From assembly GCA_026391255.1 (NCBI GenBank), contig JAPLDU010000057.1:6973-70972 (forward strand): 64,000 nt of DNA, read 5' to 3'. This document shows positions 9,156 to 18,075 of this stretch, piece by piece (position 1 is the first letter of the stretch; the number at the start of each line of letters is the position of its first letter). The position numbers and the translations under genes were made by a program. The notes beneath the pieces are model-generated. The model was not told the origin of the DNA and made no database searches. It saw only the letters and a list, made by a program, of their open reading frames with translations. Origin of the DNA: Bacteroidia bacterium (lineage in GTDB: Bacteria > Bacteroidota > Bacteroidia > Bacteroidales > JAPLDU01).

Positions 9156-9518
9156 TTGAAAAGTTACAAAAAAGCATTGGGTTTGCTGATAGCTTGTCTG
9201 CTGATAAGTTCATGTGCAGATCATTGGCTAAATGAAACAGATACTTCAATACTTACCGGCAGAGAATGGCAGTTAAATTCCTGTACTAATGTGAATGCAA
9301 ATACTGATGTAATTGTGTCGAATTATTTGTACAATTTTTATGCTGATGGTACCTACAGACTTTTAAGCGGAAATGATGCGTATACCGGAACATGGCAGCT
9401 ATTGCAGGATAATGACTACCTTAAGATTGGCAATGATATATACAGAATAATTGACCTTACAGGTGATGTTATGATTTTGCGTTACGGTGAATATGAATTT
9501 TCCTTTCTTCCGGTTTAG
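9156..9518 (+). CDS. Small hypothetical lipoprotein
   Basis: The ORF track gives 9081..9518 from a GTG. Its first 25 codons are read through an inverted-repeat element (9020-9111). An in-frame TTG at 9156 yields LKSYKKALGLLIACLLISSC, a lipoprotein signal peptide with a lipobox Cys. The start is uncertain. Confidence 0.5.
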   Translation: MKSYKKALGLLIACLLISSCADHWLNETDTSILTGREWQLNSCTNVNANTDVIVSNYLYNFYADGTYRLLSGNDAYTGTWQLLQDNDYLKIGNDIYRIIDLTGDVMILRYGEYEFSFLPV

Positions 9519-9558
9519 ATAAACAAATCAAAAAAGACTTACGACTTATGACTATTGA

Positions 9559-10017
9559 CTATTTATCTTCTTCCGATATCTTTTTACCATCTTTAAATGT
9601 CACTTTTTTCAGTATCCGGCCCCCTGCTTTGTAGAATGTCCAGATGCTGTCAGGTTTATCATGCTTGTAATACCCTTCGTATAGCCTGGATCCATCTTCA
9701 TTCCATACTGGTCCGGCACCTTCACGGAAACCATCTTTATAATTGCCTTCGCTTTGTTTATTACCGTTTTCAAACCAGGTAGTCCAGTGGCCGCTTTTTA
9801 ACCCGTTCTTAAATTCTCCTTCCATTGATTTTTCCCCGTTTTCATAGAATCTGACTTCTTTTGCCAAATTTTTATTGCTGCCGGAAACGCTGTAATATTC
9901 AATCTTTTTTGGTGCTCCGCTGGGGTATTTATCGACGATCTCTTCTTTCAGGTTATCCCCTGAACATGAAAACAGGATGACGACCGGCAGGGCCAGTACC
10001 AGATTTCTCTTTATCAT
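9559..10017 (-). CDS. MORN-repeat (YwqK-family-like) lipoprotein
   Basis: 152 aa with the signal/lipobox LPVVILFSCSG, then repeated G.K.G.W..W..NG / EG.Y..G motifs typical of MORN variant repeats. Confidence 0.7.
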   Translation of the reverse strand: MIKRNLVLALPVVILFSCSGDNLKEEIVDKYPSGAPKKIEYYSVSGSNKNLAKEVRFYENGEKSMEGEFKNGLKSGHWTTWFENGNKQSEGNYKDGFREGAGPVWNEDGSRLYEGYYKHDKPDSIWTFYKAGGRILKKVTFKDGKKISEEDK

Positions 10018-10130
10018 GTTAAATCTTTTAAGTTTTTAGTGTCAATTGTCAAGGTGCTATTGAGGAATAGTCTGTAAAACATTTCAAATAACAGACTGAA
10101 ATGGTTTAGAACATAAATTTTTCTGCATTC

Positions 10131-10204
10131 AACTCATTATGTATCATGTATCACTTATCACGTTGTCCTGATACCTGATACTTGATACCTGATACCCGAT
10201 ACTA
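10131..10204. repeat. Word-repeat array (actcatt / gtatca / gatacctg words) downstream of the ornithine carbamoyltransferase gene
   Basis: aactcattatgtatcatgtatcacttatcacgttgtcctgatacctgatacttgatacctgatacccgatact. Confidence 0.7.
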
Positions 10205-10249
10205 ATTCAAAATAATTACGGTCTGCCGACTAAGCTGTTACAAATTGCA

Positions 10250-11251
10250 CTAAGCACCTAATGTAGCGACCATCACTGCCTTGATGGTATGCATTCTGTT
10301 TTCGGCCTGGTCAAATACAATGGATGCACCTGATTCAAAAACATCGTCTGTAACTTCCATGGCTTCCAAGCCAAATTTCTGGAATATCTCTTCCCCGACT
10401 TTGGTGTTTCTGTTGTGAAATGAAGGCAGGCAGTGCAGGAATTTGACACTGGGATTACCTGTAAGTTCCATTACTTTTTTGTTTTTCTTGTAGGGCAGGA
10501 GCAGTTTTATTCGTTCTTCCCAAATGGCATATGGTTCTCCCATTGATACCCAGACGTCTGTATACAGGAAATCACAATCTTTAACGGCTTTTTCCACATT
10601 ATCTGTGATTGTGATTCTTGCGCCGGTTTCCTTTGCTATTTCCTGGCACTGCCGGACTAATTCAACTGATGGCTGGCATTTTGCCGGTGCTGCAGCGCGA
10701 TAATCCATTCCAAGCATGGCCGCACCTACCATTAATGAATTCCCAACATTGTTCCGGGCATCACCCAGGAAACAAAATGTGATCTGGCTCAATGGCTTAT
10801 CGCAATGCTCAATCATGGTCAGAATATCTGCCAATAGCTGTGTCGGATGAAACTCATTGGTAAGACCATTCCAGACAGGTACTCCCGAATATTGTGCAAG
10901 TTCTTCCACTATACTTTGTCCGTACCCGCGGTACTCAATAGCGTCGTACATTCTGCCCAGCACACGGGCAGTGTCCTTCATCGATTCCTTATGACCGATC
11001 TGTGTTCCGGAAGGATCGATATAAGTAACATGAGCTCCCTGGTCGTAAGCAGCAACTTCAAATGCACACCGGGTCCGTGTTGAGGTTTTCTCAAATATCA
11101 GGGCAATATTCCTGCCTTTTAGCCTCTGCTGCTCCGTCCCTGCATACTTGGCTGCCTTCAACTCTTTTGAAAGATCAAGTAAAAATTTCAATTCCTTCGG
11201 AGTAAAATCCAATTCCTTCAGAAAACTTCTGTTTTTTAAATTAAATGCCAT
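10250..11251 (-). CDS. arcB: Ornithine carbamoyltransferase, probably catabolic given the carbamate kinase neighbour
   Basis: 333 aa with the STRTR carbamoyl-phosphate motif, HPTQ, the SMG ornithine-binding motif (here DVWVSMG) and HCLP. Confidence 0.9.
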   Translation of the reverse strand: MAFNLKNRSFLKELDFTPKELKFLLDLSKELKAAKYAGTEQQRLKGRNIALIFEKTSTRTRCAFEVAAYDQGAHVTYIDPSGTQIGHKESMKDTARVLGRMYDAIEYRGYGQSIVEELAQYSGVPVWNGLTNEFHPTQLLADILTMIEHCDKPLSQITFCFLGDARNNVGNSLMVGAAMLGMDYRAAAPAKCQPSVELVRQCQEIAKETGARITITDNVEKAVKDCDFLYTDVWVSMGEPYAIWEERIKLLLPYKKNKKVMELTGNPSVKFLHCLPSFHNRNTKVGEEIFQKFGLEAMEVTDDVFESGASIVFDQAENRMHTIKAVMVATLGA

Positions 11252-11265
11252 ATCTTTTATTTTTA

Positions 11266-11314
11266 GAACTTTATAAACTTTATGAACTTTATAAACTTTT
11301 AACTTAATGAACTC
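11266..11314. repeat. aactttat octamer array between arcC and the ornithine carbamoyltransferase gene
   Basis: gaactttataaactttatgaactttataaacttttaacttaatgaactc. Confidence 0.7.
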
Positions 11315-11323
11315 TGAAATAAT

Positions 11324-12271
11324 TTATTTCACAATCTTTGTTCCGGCGCCAGGATTTCCCAATTCCGTAGCTTTAGTGATAATGGTTTCTTTCCCGGTGT
11401 TCTCGACAAAAATAATAGCAGCCCTGATTTTAGGAGCCATACTTCCTTCTGCAAAATGACCTTCGGAAAGCATTTGCCTGGCTTGAGCCACTGTGATGAC
11501 ATCCAGTGCTTTTTCCCCGGGTTTCCTGAAATTGATGAAAACCTTCGGGACATCCGTTAATATATAAAACTCATCAGCATTGACCTGGGAAGCAAGCAGC
11601 GAAGATGCAAGATCTTTATCAATGACAGCATCAATTCCCTGCAATTTATTTTCCGATACATAAAAAACAGGAATACCTCCTCCGCCTACTGCTACAACTA
11701 CCTGCCCATCCTTTGCTATCTTTTCAATGGTTTTTCTGTTAGCTATCACTTGTGGTTTGGGCGAAGCAACCACTTTTCTCCATCCCCGGCCTTTTGGATC
11801 TTCGGCAAATACAGATTTACCGGCTTCTTTCAGCTTTTCAGCTTCTTCTTTTGAATAATAAGGTCCGATTGGTTTTGTCGGGTTTTGGAATGCAGGATCA
11901 TTCTTATCAACCAGCACTTCCGTGATAATTGTGATCACATCACGATCAAGGCCATGTTGTATCAGCACATTCCTTAATTGCTGTTCAATCATGTAACCGA
12001 TGAACCCCTGTGAATAGGCGCCGCATATATCCAGCGGCATTTCCGGAAGGTTAAACAACTTGGCCCCGGCCTGATTCTGCAATAATATATTTCCCACCTG
12101 TGGCCCGTTGCCGTGAGTGATCACTAAGTTGTAATCAGATTTGATCAGTTCAAGCAAATGCTGACAAGTTTCATAAACATTCTGTTCCTGTTCGTCAATT
12201 GTTCCTTTTTGTCCGTCGCGAATCAGCGAATTTCCACCCAATGCGACAACTGCTAACTTTTTCATAAACAC
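11324..12271 (-). CDS. arcC: Carbamate kinase
   Basis: 315 aa with an N-terminal VVALGGN and with THGNGPQVG and GGGGIPV motifs. The real start may be the second Met at 12265. Confidence 0.9.
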   Translation of the reverse strand: MFMKKLAVVALGGNSLIRDGQKGTIDEQEQNVYETCQHLLELIKSDYNLVITHGNGPQVGNILLQNQAGAKLFNLPEMPLDICGAYSQGFIGYMIEQQLRNVLIQHGLDRDVITIITEVLVDKNDPAFQNPTKPIGPYYSKEEAEKLKEAGKSVFAEDPKGRGWRKVVASPKPQVIANRKTIEKIAKDGQVVVAVGGGGIPVFYVSENKLQGIDAVIDKDLASSLLASQVNADEFYILTDVPKVFINFRKPGEKALDVITVAQARQMLSEGHFAEGSMAPKIRAAIIFVENTGKETIITKATELGNPGAGTKIVK

Positions 12272-12485
12272 CGTATTTCATTAAAGTCTGCAAAACTAAA
12301 ATATTTTGTTCATAATAAACATCTCTGTTTTTTCAAGACTGAGATAAAATAATATATTAAGAAAATGTTTTGGATTTTAATTATATCTGTTATATAATTC
12401 ATATTCAACTTCTTTTGCATGCCCAAAAGTACTTAGCGAAGCGGTCTCACGAACCCCGACCTGTCGGGGTGAGTAACCAAAAGGG

Positions 12486-12586
12486 CACCACGAACGAGAC
12501 GTTTCGACAAGCTCAACGCCCATTTCTTTTGGTAACCGGCCATTGAGCCTGTCGAAATGGCATGTTGTATTCCGCACCGTTCGTGG
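12486..12586. repeat. Nested imperfect hairpin of about 100 nt in the arcC upstream intergenic region
   Basis: The outer stem pairs ccacgaacg (12488-12496) with cgttcgtgg (12578-12586). The inner stem pairs tttcgacaagctcaa (12502-12516) with ttgagcctgtcgaaa (12544-12558), with one mismatch. Confidence 0.7.
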
Positions 12587-12785
12587 ACAGCTAACGCACA
12601 GGGCTTTCATGGTCAAATATATGTGAAAAGAATATGGGATATGTAAGTTTTTTCAAATATTTTCATAATAAATGGGTGCGAAGCATAAAATAAAATATTC
12701 CTTATCAACGAATTGCTGTTTGAGTGAAGTCGAGGAACGAGACGGAACGAGTTCATCCGCCGTGGCGGACGTTAAGTCTTTTTTG

Positions 12786-12813
12786 CATACTTTTTGTGAC
12801 GACAAAAAGTATG
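12786..12813. repeat. Perfect 11-bp stem hairpin (catactttttg-tgacga-caaaaagtatg)
   Basis: I checked the arms 12786-12796 and 12803-12813 by hand. Smaller hairpins lie nearby at 12454-12469 (ccccgac/gtcgggg) and 12766-12779 (tccgcc/ggcgga). Confidence 0.7.
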
Positions 12814-12991
12814 AAGAAACAAATGCAGAAAATCATCTGGTAAAATTCAAAACAGTTTTTAAATTTGAGATAAATAGTTACATATCATGGATATAGGCTT
12901 TAATCCATATATTTGTCGGTAGATTCTGTTTTATGCATATATGTCGCTTAACAGTTCATTAAATTTTTAATTTTATTTGCGTTTAATTTAA

Positions 12992-13933
12992 GTGATTTTT
13001 GCCATAACACATTATAATTTGATAAGACATTTACGACATAAAGAAATAGATAAGAAAAAATGGGATTTGTGCATCCGTTCCTCCTTTAATGGAAATGCAT
13101 ATGCTAACTCCTGGTATCTCGATATCATGTGTCCCGGCTGGCAGGCATTGATTGAAGGTGATTATATGAAAGTGATGCCATTGACAGCCGGTAGAAAATT
13201 CGGAATTTCCTATCTCTATCAGCCATTTTTTACACAGCAATTAGGAGTATTTTCACTCTCAGAACCCGATTCAGAAAGTGTTGTGGAGTTTCTGCGGGCA
13301 ATCCCGGCAGAGTTCAGGTACGTGGATATTAATCTGAATGTGAATAATAAACTGGAGGAAGCCGGTTTTGAAATAAAAATGAAAGACAATTATTTACTCC
13401 ACCTTATCACACCATATAATAAGATAAGCAGCAGCTATTCTTCAAATACAAGAAGAAATGTCAGGAATGCTGAAGAGAGTAACATAACCATAAAATCAGG
13501 CATTCAACCGGAGGAATTGCTGGAGCTATATCAACGGGAAGTCGGTGGCAGGGTGACTTCGTTGAAAAAAATGCATTACCGGCGGTTGTATGCACTCATT
13601 TCTTATTGTTTGCAGGAAGGATACGGAGAAATACTGGGGGCCTTCTTACCCGGAGGAAAGTTATGCTCTGCGGTATTTTTGGTCACATCAGGTACTCATT
13701 GCATTTACCTCCTGCCCTGTTCAGATGACAAGGGAAAACAAACCAGTGCAATGTTTTTGCTTATTGATAATTTTATCAGGGTTCATGCCGGCCGGAACCT
13801 GGTTCTTGATTTCGAAGGATCAAATATTGAAAGTATAGCAAGATTCTACGCTGGTTTTGGAGCGAGTTCCTGCGAATATATCAATGTCAGGATCAACAGG
13901 CTTCCGATTTTATTACGAAAGTTCAAACCATAA
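12992..13933 (+). CDS. Conserved hypothetical protein, probably a GNAT/FemAB-like acyltransferase fold
   Basis: 313-aa ORF. The N-terminal HKEIDKKKWDLCI..S.NGNAYANSWYLD..CPGWQALI..DY..VMPL pattern recalls a Bacteroidota family usually annotated as GNAT-like. The start is uncertain (GTG 12992 or in-frame TTG 13019). Confidence 0.45.
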   Translation: MIFAITHYNLIRHLRHKEIDKKKWDLCIRSSFNGNAYANSWYLDIMCPGWQALIEGDYMKVMPLTAGRKFGISYLYQPFFTQQLGVFSLSEPDSESVVEFLRAIPAEFRYVDINLNVNNKLEEAGFEIKMKDNYLLHLITPYNKISSSYSSNTRRNVRNAEESNITIKSGIQPEELLELYQREVGGRVTSLKKMHYRRLYALISYCLQEGYGEILGAFLPGGKLCSAVFLVTSGTHCIYLLPCSDDKGKQTSAMFLLIDNFIRVHAGRNLVLDFEGSNIESIARFYAGFGASSCEYINVRINRLPILLRKFKP

Positions 13934-13940
13934 TCAATAG

Positions 13941-13994
13941 ATTAGGAAGGCTGAAGGTAATTAGGCTGTAGGCCTTTAGGCTATAGGCATTAAG
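13941..13994. repeat. aggct-word array (reverse-complement form of the ctaaaagcct words)
   Basis: attaggaaggctgaaggtaattaggctgtaggcctttaggctataggcattaag. Confidence 0.7.
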
Positions 13995-14144
13995 ATAAAT
14001 AAACAATAGACGCTTTATGACCTAAATTAACTTTTGATTTATGAATATCGATTAACGAATTATAATTTTAGAAGAAACTGATAATCTGAAATCTAGAAAT
14101 CGTTAATCCTTGTTCTTAGATCAGTATCATTGACTTTAACGACA

Positions 14145-14195
14145 GACTAAATACCTAAAAGTCTACAGTCTAAAAGCCTCCAGCCTATGTTCCTG
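14145..14195. repeat. ctaaaag/ctacag word array upstream of upp
   Basis: gactaaatacctaaaagtctacagtctaaaagcctccagcctatgttcctg. Confidence 0.7.
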
Positions 14196-14274
14196 CAGGA
14201 TAACCTGAATAGTCACATATATTTGAATTTCATATATTGGAATTGCTTATTTTTACTGCAAAATTACATAACAC

Positions 14275-14925
14275 ATGGTAAAAATTCTCGGACACGGTAA
14301 TTCTATCATTAACCAGTTTCTATATGAGATAAGAGATGAAAATGTACAGAAGGACAGTCTTAGATTCAGAAGAAACATGGAAAGATTGGGTGAAATATTT
14401 GCCTATGAAATTAGCAAGGAATTAAATTTTGAGGTTCAGCAGGTTCAAACGCCGCTGGGAATTGCCAGTGTCCCGGTTTTGTCTGATAAAATTGTAGTTT
14501 CATCAGTTATGCGTGCCGGACTTCCTTTACACCAGGGAATCCTGAATATTTTTGACAAGGCCGAGAACGCCTTCATTTCAGCCTACCGCCAATATGAAAA
14601 AGATGGCACATTTGAGATTCAATTTGGTTATTTATCAAGCCCCGGCATTGATGAAAAAGTAGTGATACTTGCTGATCCGATGATTGCCACAGGTGCATCA
14701 ATGATTATTGCCTGCCAGTCGTTACTGGAAAAAGGCAATCCCCGGCATGTCCATATTGTTGCGCTGATTGCCAGCAGGGAAGGACTTCAGTACGTACAGA
14801 AAAGACTTGATATGCAACATACCACTATCTGGCTGGGTGCTGTGGATGATGAACTGACCGTAAAAGCATTTATAGTTCCCGGGTTGGGTGATGCCGGAGA
14901 CCTGGCTTTTGGGGCAAAAGAATAA
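14275..14925 (+). CDS. upp: Uracil phosphoribosyltransferase
   Basis: 216 aa with the PRPP-binding loop VVILADPMIATGAS and the C-terminal VPGLGDAGD motif. Confidence 0.9.
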   Translation: MVKILGHGNSIINQFLYEIRDENVQKDSLRFRRNMERLGEIFAYEISKELNFEVQQVQTPLGIASVPVLSDKIVVSSVMRAGLPLHQGILNIFDKAENAFISAYRQYEKDGTFEIQFGYLSSPGIDEKVVILADPMIATGASMIIACQSLLEKGNPRHVHIVALIASREGLQYVQKRLDMQHTTIWLGAVDDELTVKAFIVPGLGDAGDLAFGAKE

Positions 14926-17379
14926 CTAAAACTGGAGCTGCAGGGATACCCTGAGTCCGAACTTCTGTATTTCAGGATTGTCTAAATAAGACAAACGCCA
15001 TACTGCATCTACCCGGATGATCTTCAGAATATTTTCAATTCCGACCCCGGCTTCATAATAGGGTTTGGTTAACCCATGGAGGTTTGTAGGAAAATCTACT
15101 ATTTTACTGTGGTCATCACTCAAACTGCCGATCAATCCCCTGCCATAAGCTACTTCACGAAGTTTGAGTTTCCTAAGCAATGGAATTTTATTCAGGAAAA
15201 ATCCCATAAAATGGTATTCGACGAAAAGGCTTGCCCATTTATCACTGGCAAATTCATAGTAATTCATCATGTTGAAAGCTAAGGGATCAAATGCAAAGGT
15301 TTCGTTTCCCTCATGCAGCTTGAGCAGGGGATAGGGAACATCACCGAATATCTGTCCTGCATTGATGGCATAGTTAATATAACCAACCGTACCGGTATTA
15401 AAGTAATGAGTAATGTTCAGGTTGAGCCTGGAATATTGATATTTGCTGTTAAATACTCCTTTCAATCCATAAACAATACTGAAATCTATTATCGGGAAAT
15501 CAGAGCCGAGGCTGGTTTGCTCGAATTCCCCGTTCACGATTCTTTCATGCCATGCAAAATGAGTATTGAGCTTGATTTCAGAGGTATTCAGACTTGACAA
15601 ATTGCCGGTTGGGGTATTTAATGGGATCAGAATAGTTGGGAAAAGTTGATCATGGGTCAGTGTGATTTTATTCGAAAAACCCTGCATCCATTCTTTTTCA
15701 TAGGAACCTTGTGCTCTTCTGACGGATGTCATCTTATCAAAAGGCCTGCGTTCTAGAACGGATGACAAGATGTTATCATCAAGAAATGCATTCTGGCTTT
15801 TCCCAAGTTGCTCAATATCGTCCAGGTATAATAATGAAACAGCGCTGCGGGGAGACCGGTTGAAAATATAGGTTGCTCCAAGACCGTATTTAATTTTTTC
15901 ATCTGCGGAACCGTAAGCAATATGCCCTTCAAACATAAGGCTTTTACTGAAATTATCCGATGTCCTTCCACCAAACCTGTAACGGTTACCTTCGGTCTTG
16001 TTATAACTGAACAAGGTGTAATAGGGTCCGATTTCAAATTTGTGAATGGTATAATAACCTGTAACAAAAGCAGTCACAACGTTAGCAAATGTCTTGAAAA
16101 TAGGGACATTCTTCACCGAATCGACCATTTCATAAATACCTTTTTCCTTGTTAGTGAGCTCAAGGTGTCTTGATTTCTGCCAGTATTCATCTGATTTGTC
16201 AAGAGCATCCAGTTTTACAATAATATCTGTTTTTTCAGCAAAAATATTCTTAGGAATAGGTTGATCAACAATAATGTTTTTGTATGATGTGGTCTTTCTT
16301 CCGAATAATCCTTTCGTTTTATTGGTCAGGTTCAGGTCAATAAATAATGTACTCAGGGTTTGAAACCAGGTGCCATTTACACTTTCGTACTCATTTTCGG
16401 CCACAAAATCATGTACATAATTGATATTCACATCATCAGCAAGCCTGATCTTAGACTTTTTAATGGCAAAAGTGGTGTCGTTAACCCAAAAATCGCCTTT
16501 AAATGTGAATTCCTGTTTTCTCCTTGGTTTGAATGAGATTTGGTAACACCATTTATTATCAATGAAAGTACTGTCGACCAGGTAATATTTATAATATAAT
16601 TTGCCGAATGAAGATATTGGCGAAACAAACGGCTGGTCAAATATGGGGATCAGGTTATCATAGATATTTACATCCTGGTACATCTGTCCTGTGAACTGTG
16701 AAATGCTCTCATTCTTGACCCCGGACATTTTGCTGGCTTTTATTACTTCCCTGGTTCCTTTCGGCTCGCCCCTGTAATAAAAATCAGAAAGGGTTTCAGT
16801 AATAAATATCGGCAGGTAGGATTTCCCGGTTACAACATTTGTATCAACATAATTAAATACAAATGCAATCTTTTTAAAAGCTCTGTTTTGTTTAAACTTA
16901 TCATCAATGTTATTAACGTCTACTTCAATTTTATTATAGACTTCGTATTGATATGTTGAAAGATTTTTTTGATTGTTTTTTTCTTTGTTTTCCAGGATTT
17001 TATCGATGATGCGCAATGCGGGATTAACACCCGGTTTTACTGTGATTTCGGATAAATTAAAATTGGATGGCTTCAGTTCGATATCATGATTCTGAAAACT
17101 ATTCTTTTTGACTGCAACGGATTGCTGCTTGTAACCAATGCAGGAGATTGTAAGCGAATCGAAATTTTTTTTTGTCTCAATAAAGTAATTACCATCAAAA
17201 TCAGTAATGGTACCTATTGTGCTTCCTTTAAAATACACTGATACGAATGGAACCGCTTCCTTGGTCTCGGAATCAGTAATCTTACCCCGGATTTTTGTGC
17301 TTTGGGAATAAACCATTCCCGATAATGAAAGGAAAAGCAGCTGTATTAAACAAAATCTATATGTAATGCTAACAGACAT
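14926..17379 (-). CDS. CarboxypepD_reg-like domain plus DUF5686 family protein (predicted outer-membrane beta-barrel-like)
   Basis: 817 aa with a signal peptide and an N-terminal IRGKITDSETKEAVPFVSVYFKGSTIGTITDFDGNYFI carboxypeptidase-regulatory-like fold. A long aromatic-rich body ends in F, as in Bacteroidota DUF5686 proteins. Confidence 0.7.
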   Translation of the reverse strand: MSVSITYRFCLIQLLFLSLSGMVYSQSTKIRGKITDSETKEAVPFVSVYFKGSTIGTITDFDGNYFIETKKNFDSLTISCIGYKQQSVAVKKNSFQNHDIELKPSNFNLSEITVKPGVNPALRIIDKILENKEKNNQKNLSTYQYEVYNKIEVDVNNIDDKFKQNRAFKKIAFVFNYVDTNVVTGKSYLPIFITETLSDFYYRGEPKGTREVIKASKMSGVKNESISQFTGQMYQDVNIYDNLIPIFDQPFVSPISSFGKLYYKYYLVDSTFIDNKWCYQISFKPRRKQEFTFKGDFWVNDTTFAIKKSKIRLADDVNINYVHDFVAENEYESVNGTWFQTLSTLFIDLNLTNKTKGLFGRKTTSYKNIIVDQPIPKNIFAEKTDIIVKLDALDKSDEYWQKSRHLELTNKEKGIYEMVDSVKNVPIFKTFANVVTAFVTGYYTIHKFEIGPYYTLFSYNKTEGNRYRFGGRTSDNFSKSLMFEGHIAYGSADEKIKYGLGATYIFNRSPRSAVSLLYLDDIEQLGKSQNAFLDDNILSSVLERRPFDKMTSVRRAQGSYEKEWMQGFSNKITLTHDQLFPTILIPLNTPTGNLSSLNTSEIKLNTHFAWHERIVNGEFEQTSLGSDFPIIDFSIVYGLKGVFNSKYQYSRLNLNITHYFNTGTVGYINYAINAGQIFGDVPYPLLKLHEGNETFAFDPLAFNMMNYYEFASDKWASLFVEYHFMGFFLNKIPLLRKLKLREVAYGRGLIGSLSDDHSKIVDFPTNLHGLTKPYYEAGVGIENILKIIRVDAVWRLSYLDNPEIQKFGLRVSLQLQF

Positions 17380-17628
17380 TTATTTTTGAAAAGGCACTAA
17401 ATTAGCTGAACCCATTATATTTTAGTACATCTGGCATGATTAAAAAAAAGGATAAAGCTTTACGCTATACCCTTTAAAAACCTAAACCCTAAATTATGAA
17501 AAATTAATTATGTTATTATAAAACAATGTTATAGATATTATGTGAATAAGTGTTTTACCGTTTATATAAACGGGTTTAAACCGAAAATGTTTAGTGTTGC
17601 AGATTTATTACAGGGTATTTATTCAGTA

Positions 17629-17682
17629 AGGCAGGCTATAGGCTATTAGTCCGTAGGTCTTGAATCGGTATCAGGTAACAGG
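17629..17682. repeat. aggct / tatcagg word array next to family 2 copy 2
   Basis: aggcaggctataggctattagtccgtaggtcttgaatcggtatcaggtaacagg. Confidence 0.65.
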
Positions 17683-17685
17683 AGG

Positions 17686-17773
17686 AGTGATGAGTGATGA
17701 ATTATGAGTTATGAGTCGTAATCACGTATGGCATGCGTGTCAGGTGACAGGTCACAAGTCACGGGTCACAGGA
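17686..17773 (+). repeat. Dispersed repeat family 2, copy 2
   Basis: agtgatgagtgatga..gagtcgtaatcacgtatggcatgcgtgtcaggtgacaggtcacaagtcacgggtcacagg. The hairpin is at 17723-17739, and its C-to-T change keeps a G-U-compatible pair. Confidence 0.8.
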
Positions 17774-17819
17774 CAAAATGAGAAAATAGGGTAAGTAATT
17801 GAATTTTATTCATGAGACT

Positions 17820-17851
17820 AAATTTTCAGGAACAAAGTGAACTGAAAATTT
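17820..17851. repeat. Perfect 10-bp inverted repeat (aaattttcag ... ctgaaaattt) with a 12-nt spacer, upstream of valS
   Basis: The arms are 17820-17829 and 17842-17851. GC-rich small hairpins follow, including ccagggcttgccctgg at about 17918-17933. Confidence 0.6.
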
Positions 17852-18041
17852 TAAGTCGAATCATCCCGACAAAGTCGGAGGGTAAATACCCCGTAGCTCT
17901 GCTGCGGAACTTTGGGTCCAGGGCTTGCCCTGGGGTACATACCCGTGATTTTCCTAAACTCCTGGTGGTCTATAGTTTAAACACAATAAATTAAAGCTAA
18001 AAATATGTTAAACAAAAAATAATATGTGTCTTTTATTATAA

Positions 18042-18075
18042 TTGATTTTCCCGGTGTTCATTTTTATTATTTTTG
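18042..18075 (+). promoter_or_regulatory. Candidate Bacteroidota-type promoter for valS (-33-like aTTG, -7 box TAttTTTG)
   Basis: tatttttg at 18068-18075 matches TAnnTTTG. attg at 18041-18044 lies 23 nt upstream. ATG 18108 is about 33 nt downstream of the -7 box. Confidence 0.3.

Noticed and set aside
9559-10017. A toxin-antitoxin system implied by the YwqK-family resemblance.
   Set aside because: The protein has a lipoprotein signal and only MORN-type repeats, and no adjacent toxin gene is present. The family name does not indicate a TA module here.
12377-12896. Track ORFs 12377..12616 (-) and 12672..12896 (+) as small proteins.
   Set aside because: Both are translated through palindromic hairpin repeats, giving peptides such as ...CHFDRLNGR... 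and ...FCDDKKYEE.... They have no plausible start context and no domain signal.
14923-14928. Zero-nucleotide spacing between the convergent upp (stop TAA 14923-25) and DUF5686 (stop TAG, complement of 14926-28) genes as a special feature.
   Set aside because: Abutting convergent stops are common in compact genomes. There is no hairpin or shared terminator here to interpret.
17812-17994. Track ORF 17812..17994 (+) upstream of valS.
   Set aside because: It reads through an inverted repeat and GC-rich mini-hairpins. The composition and peptide are implausible, so I treat it as non-coding structure.
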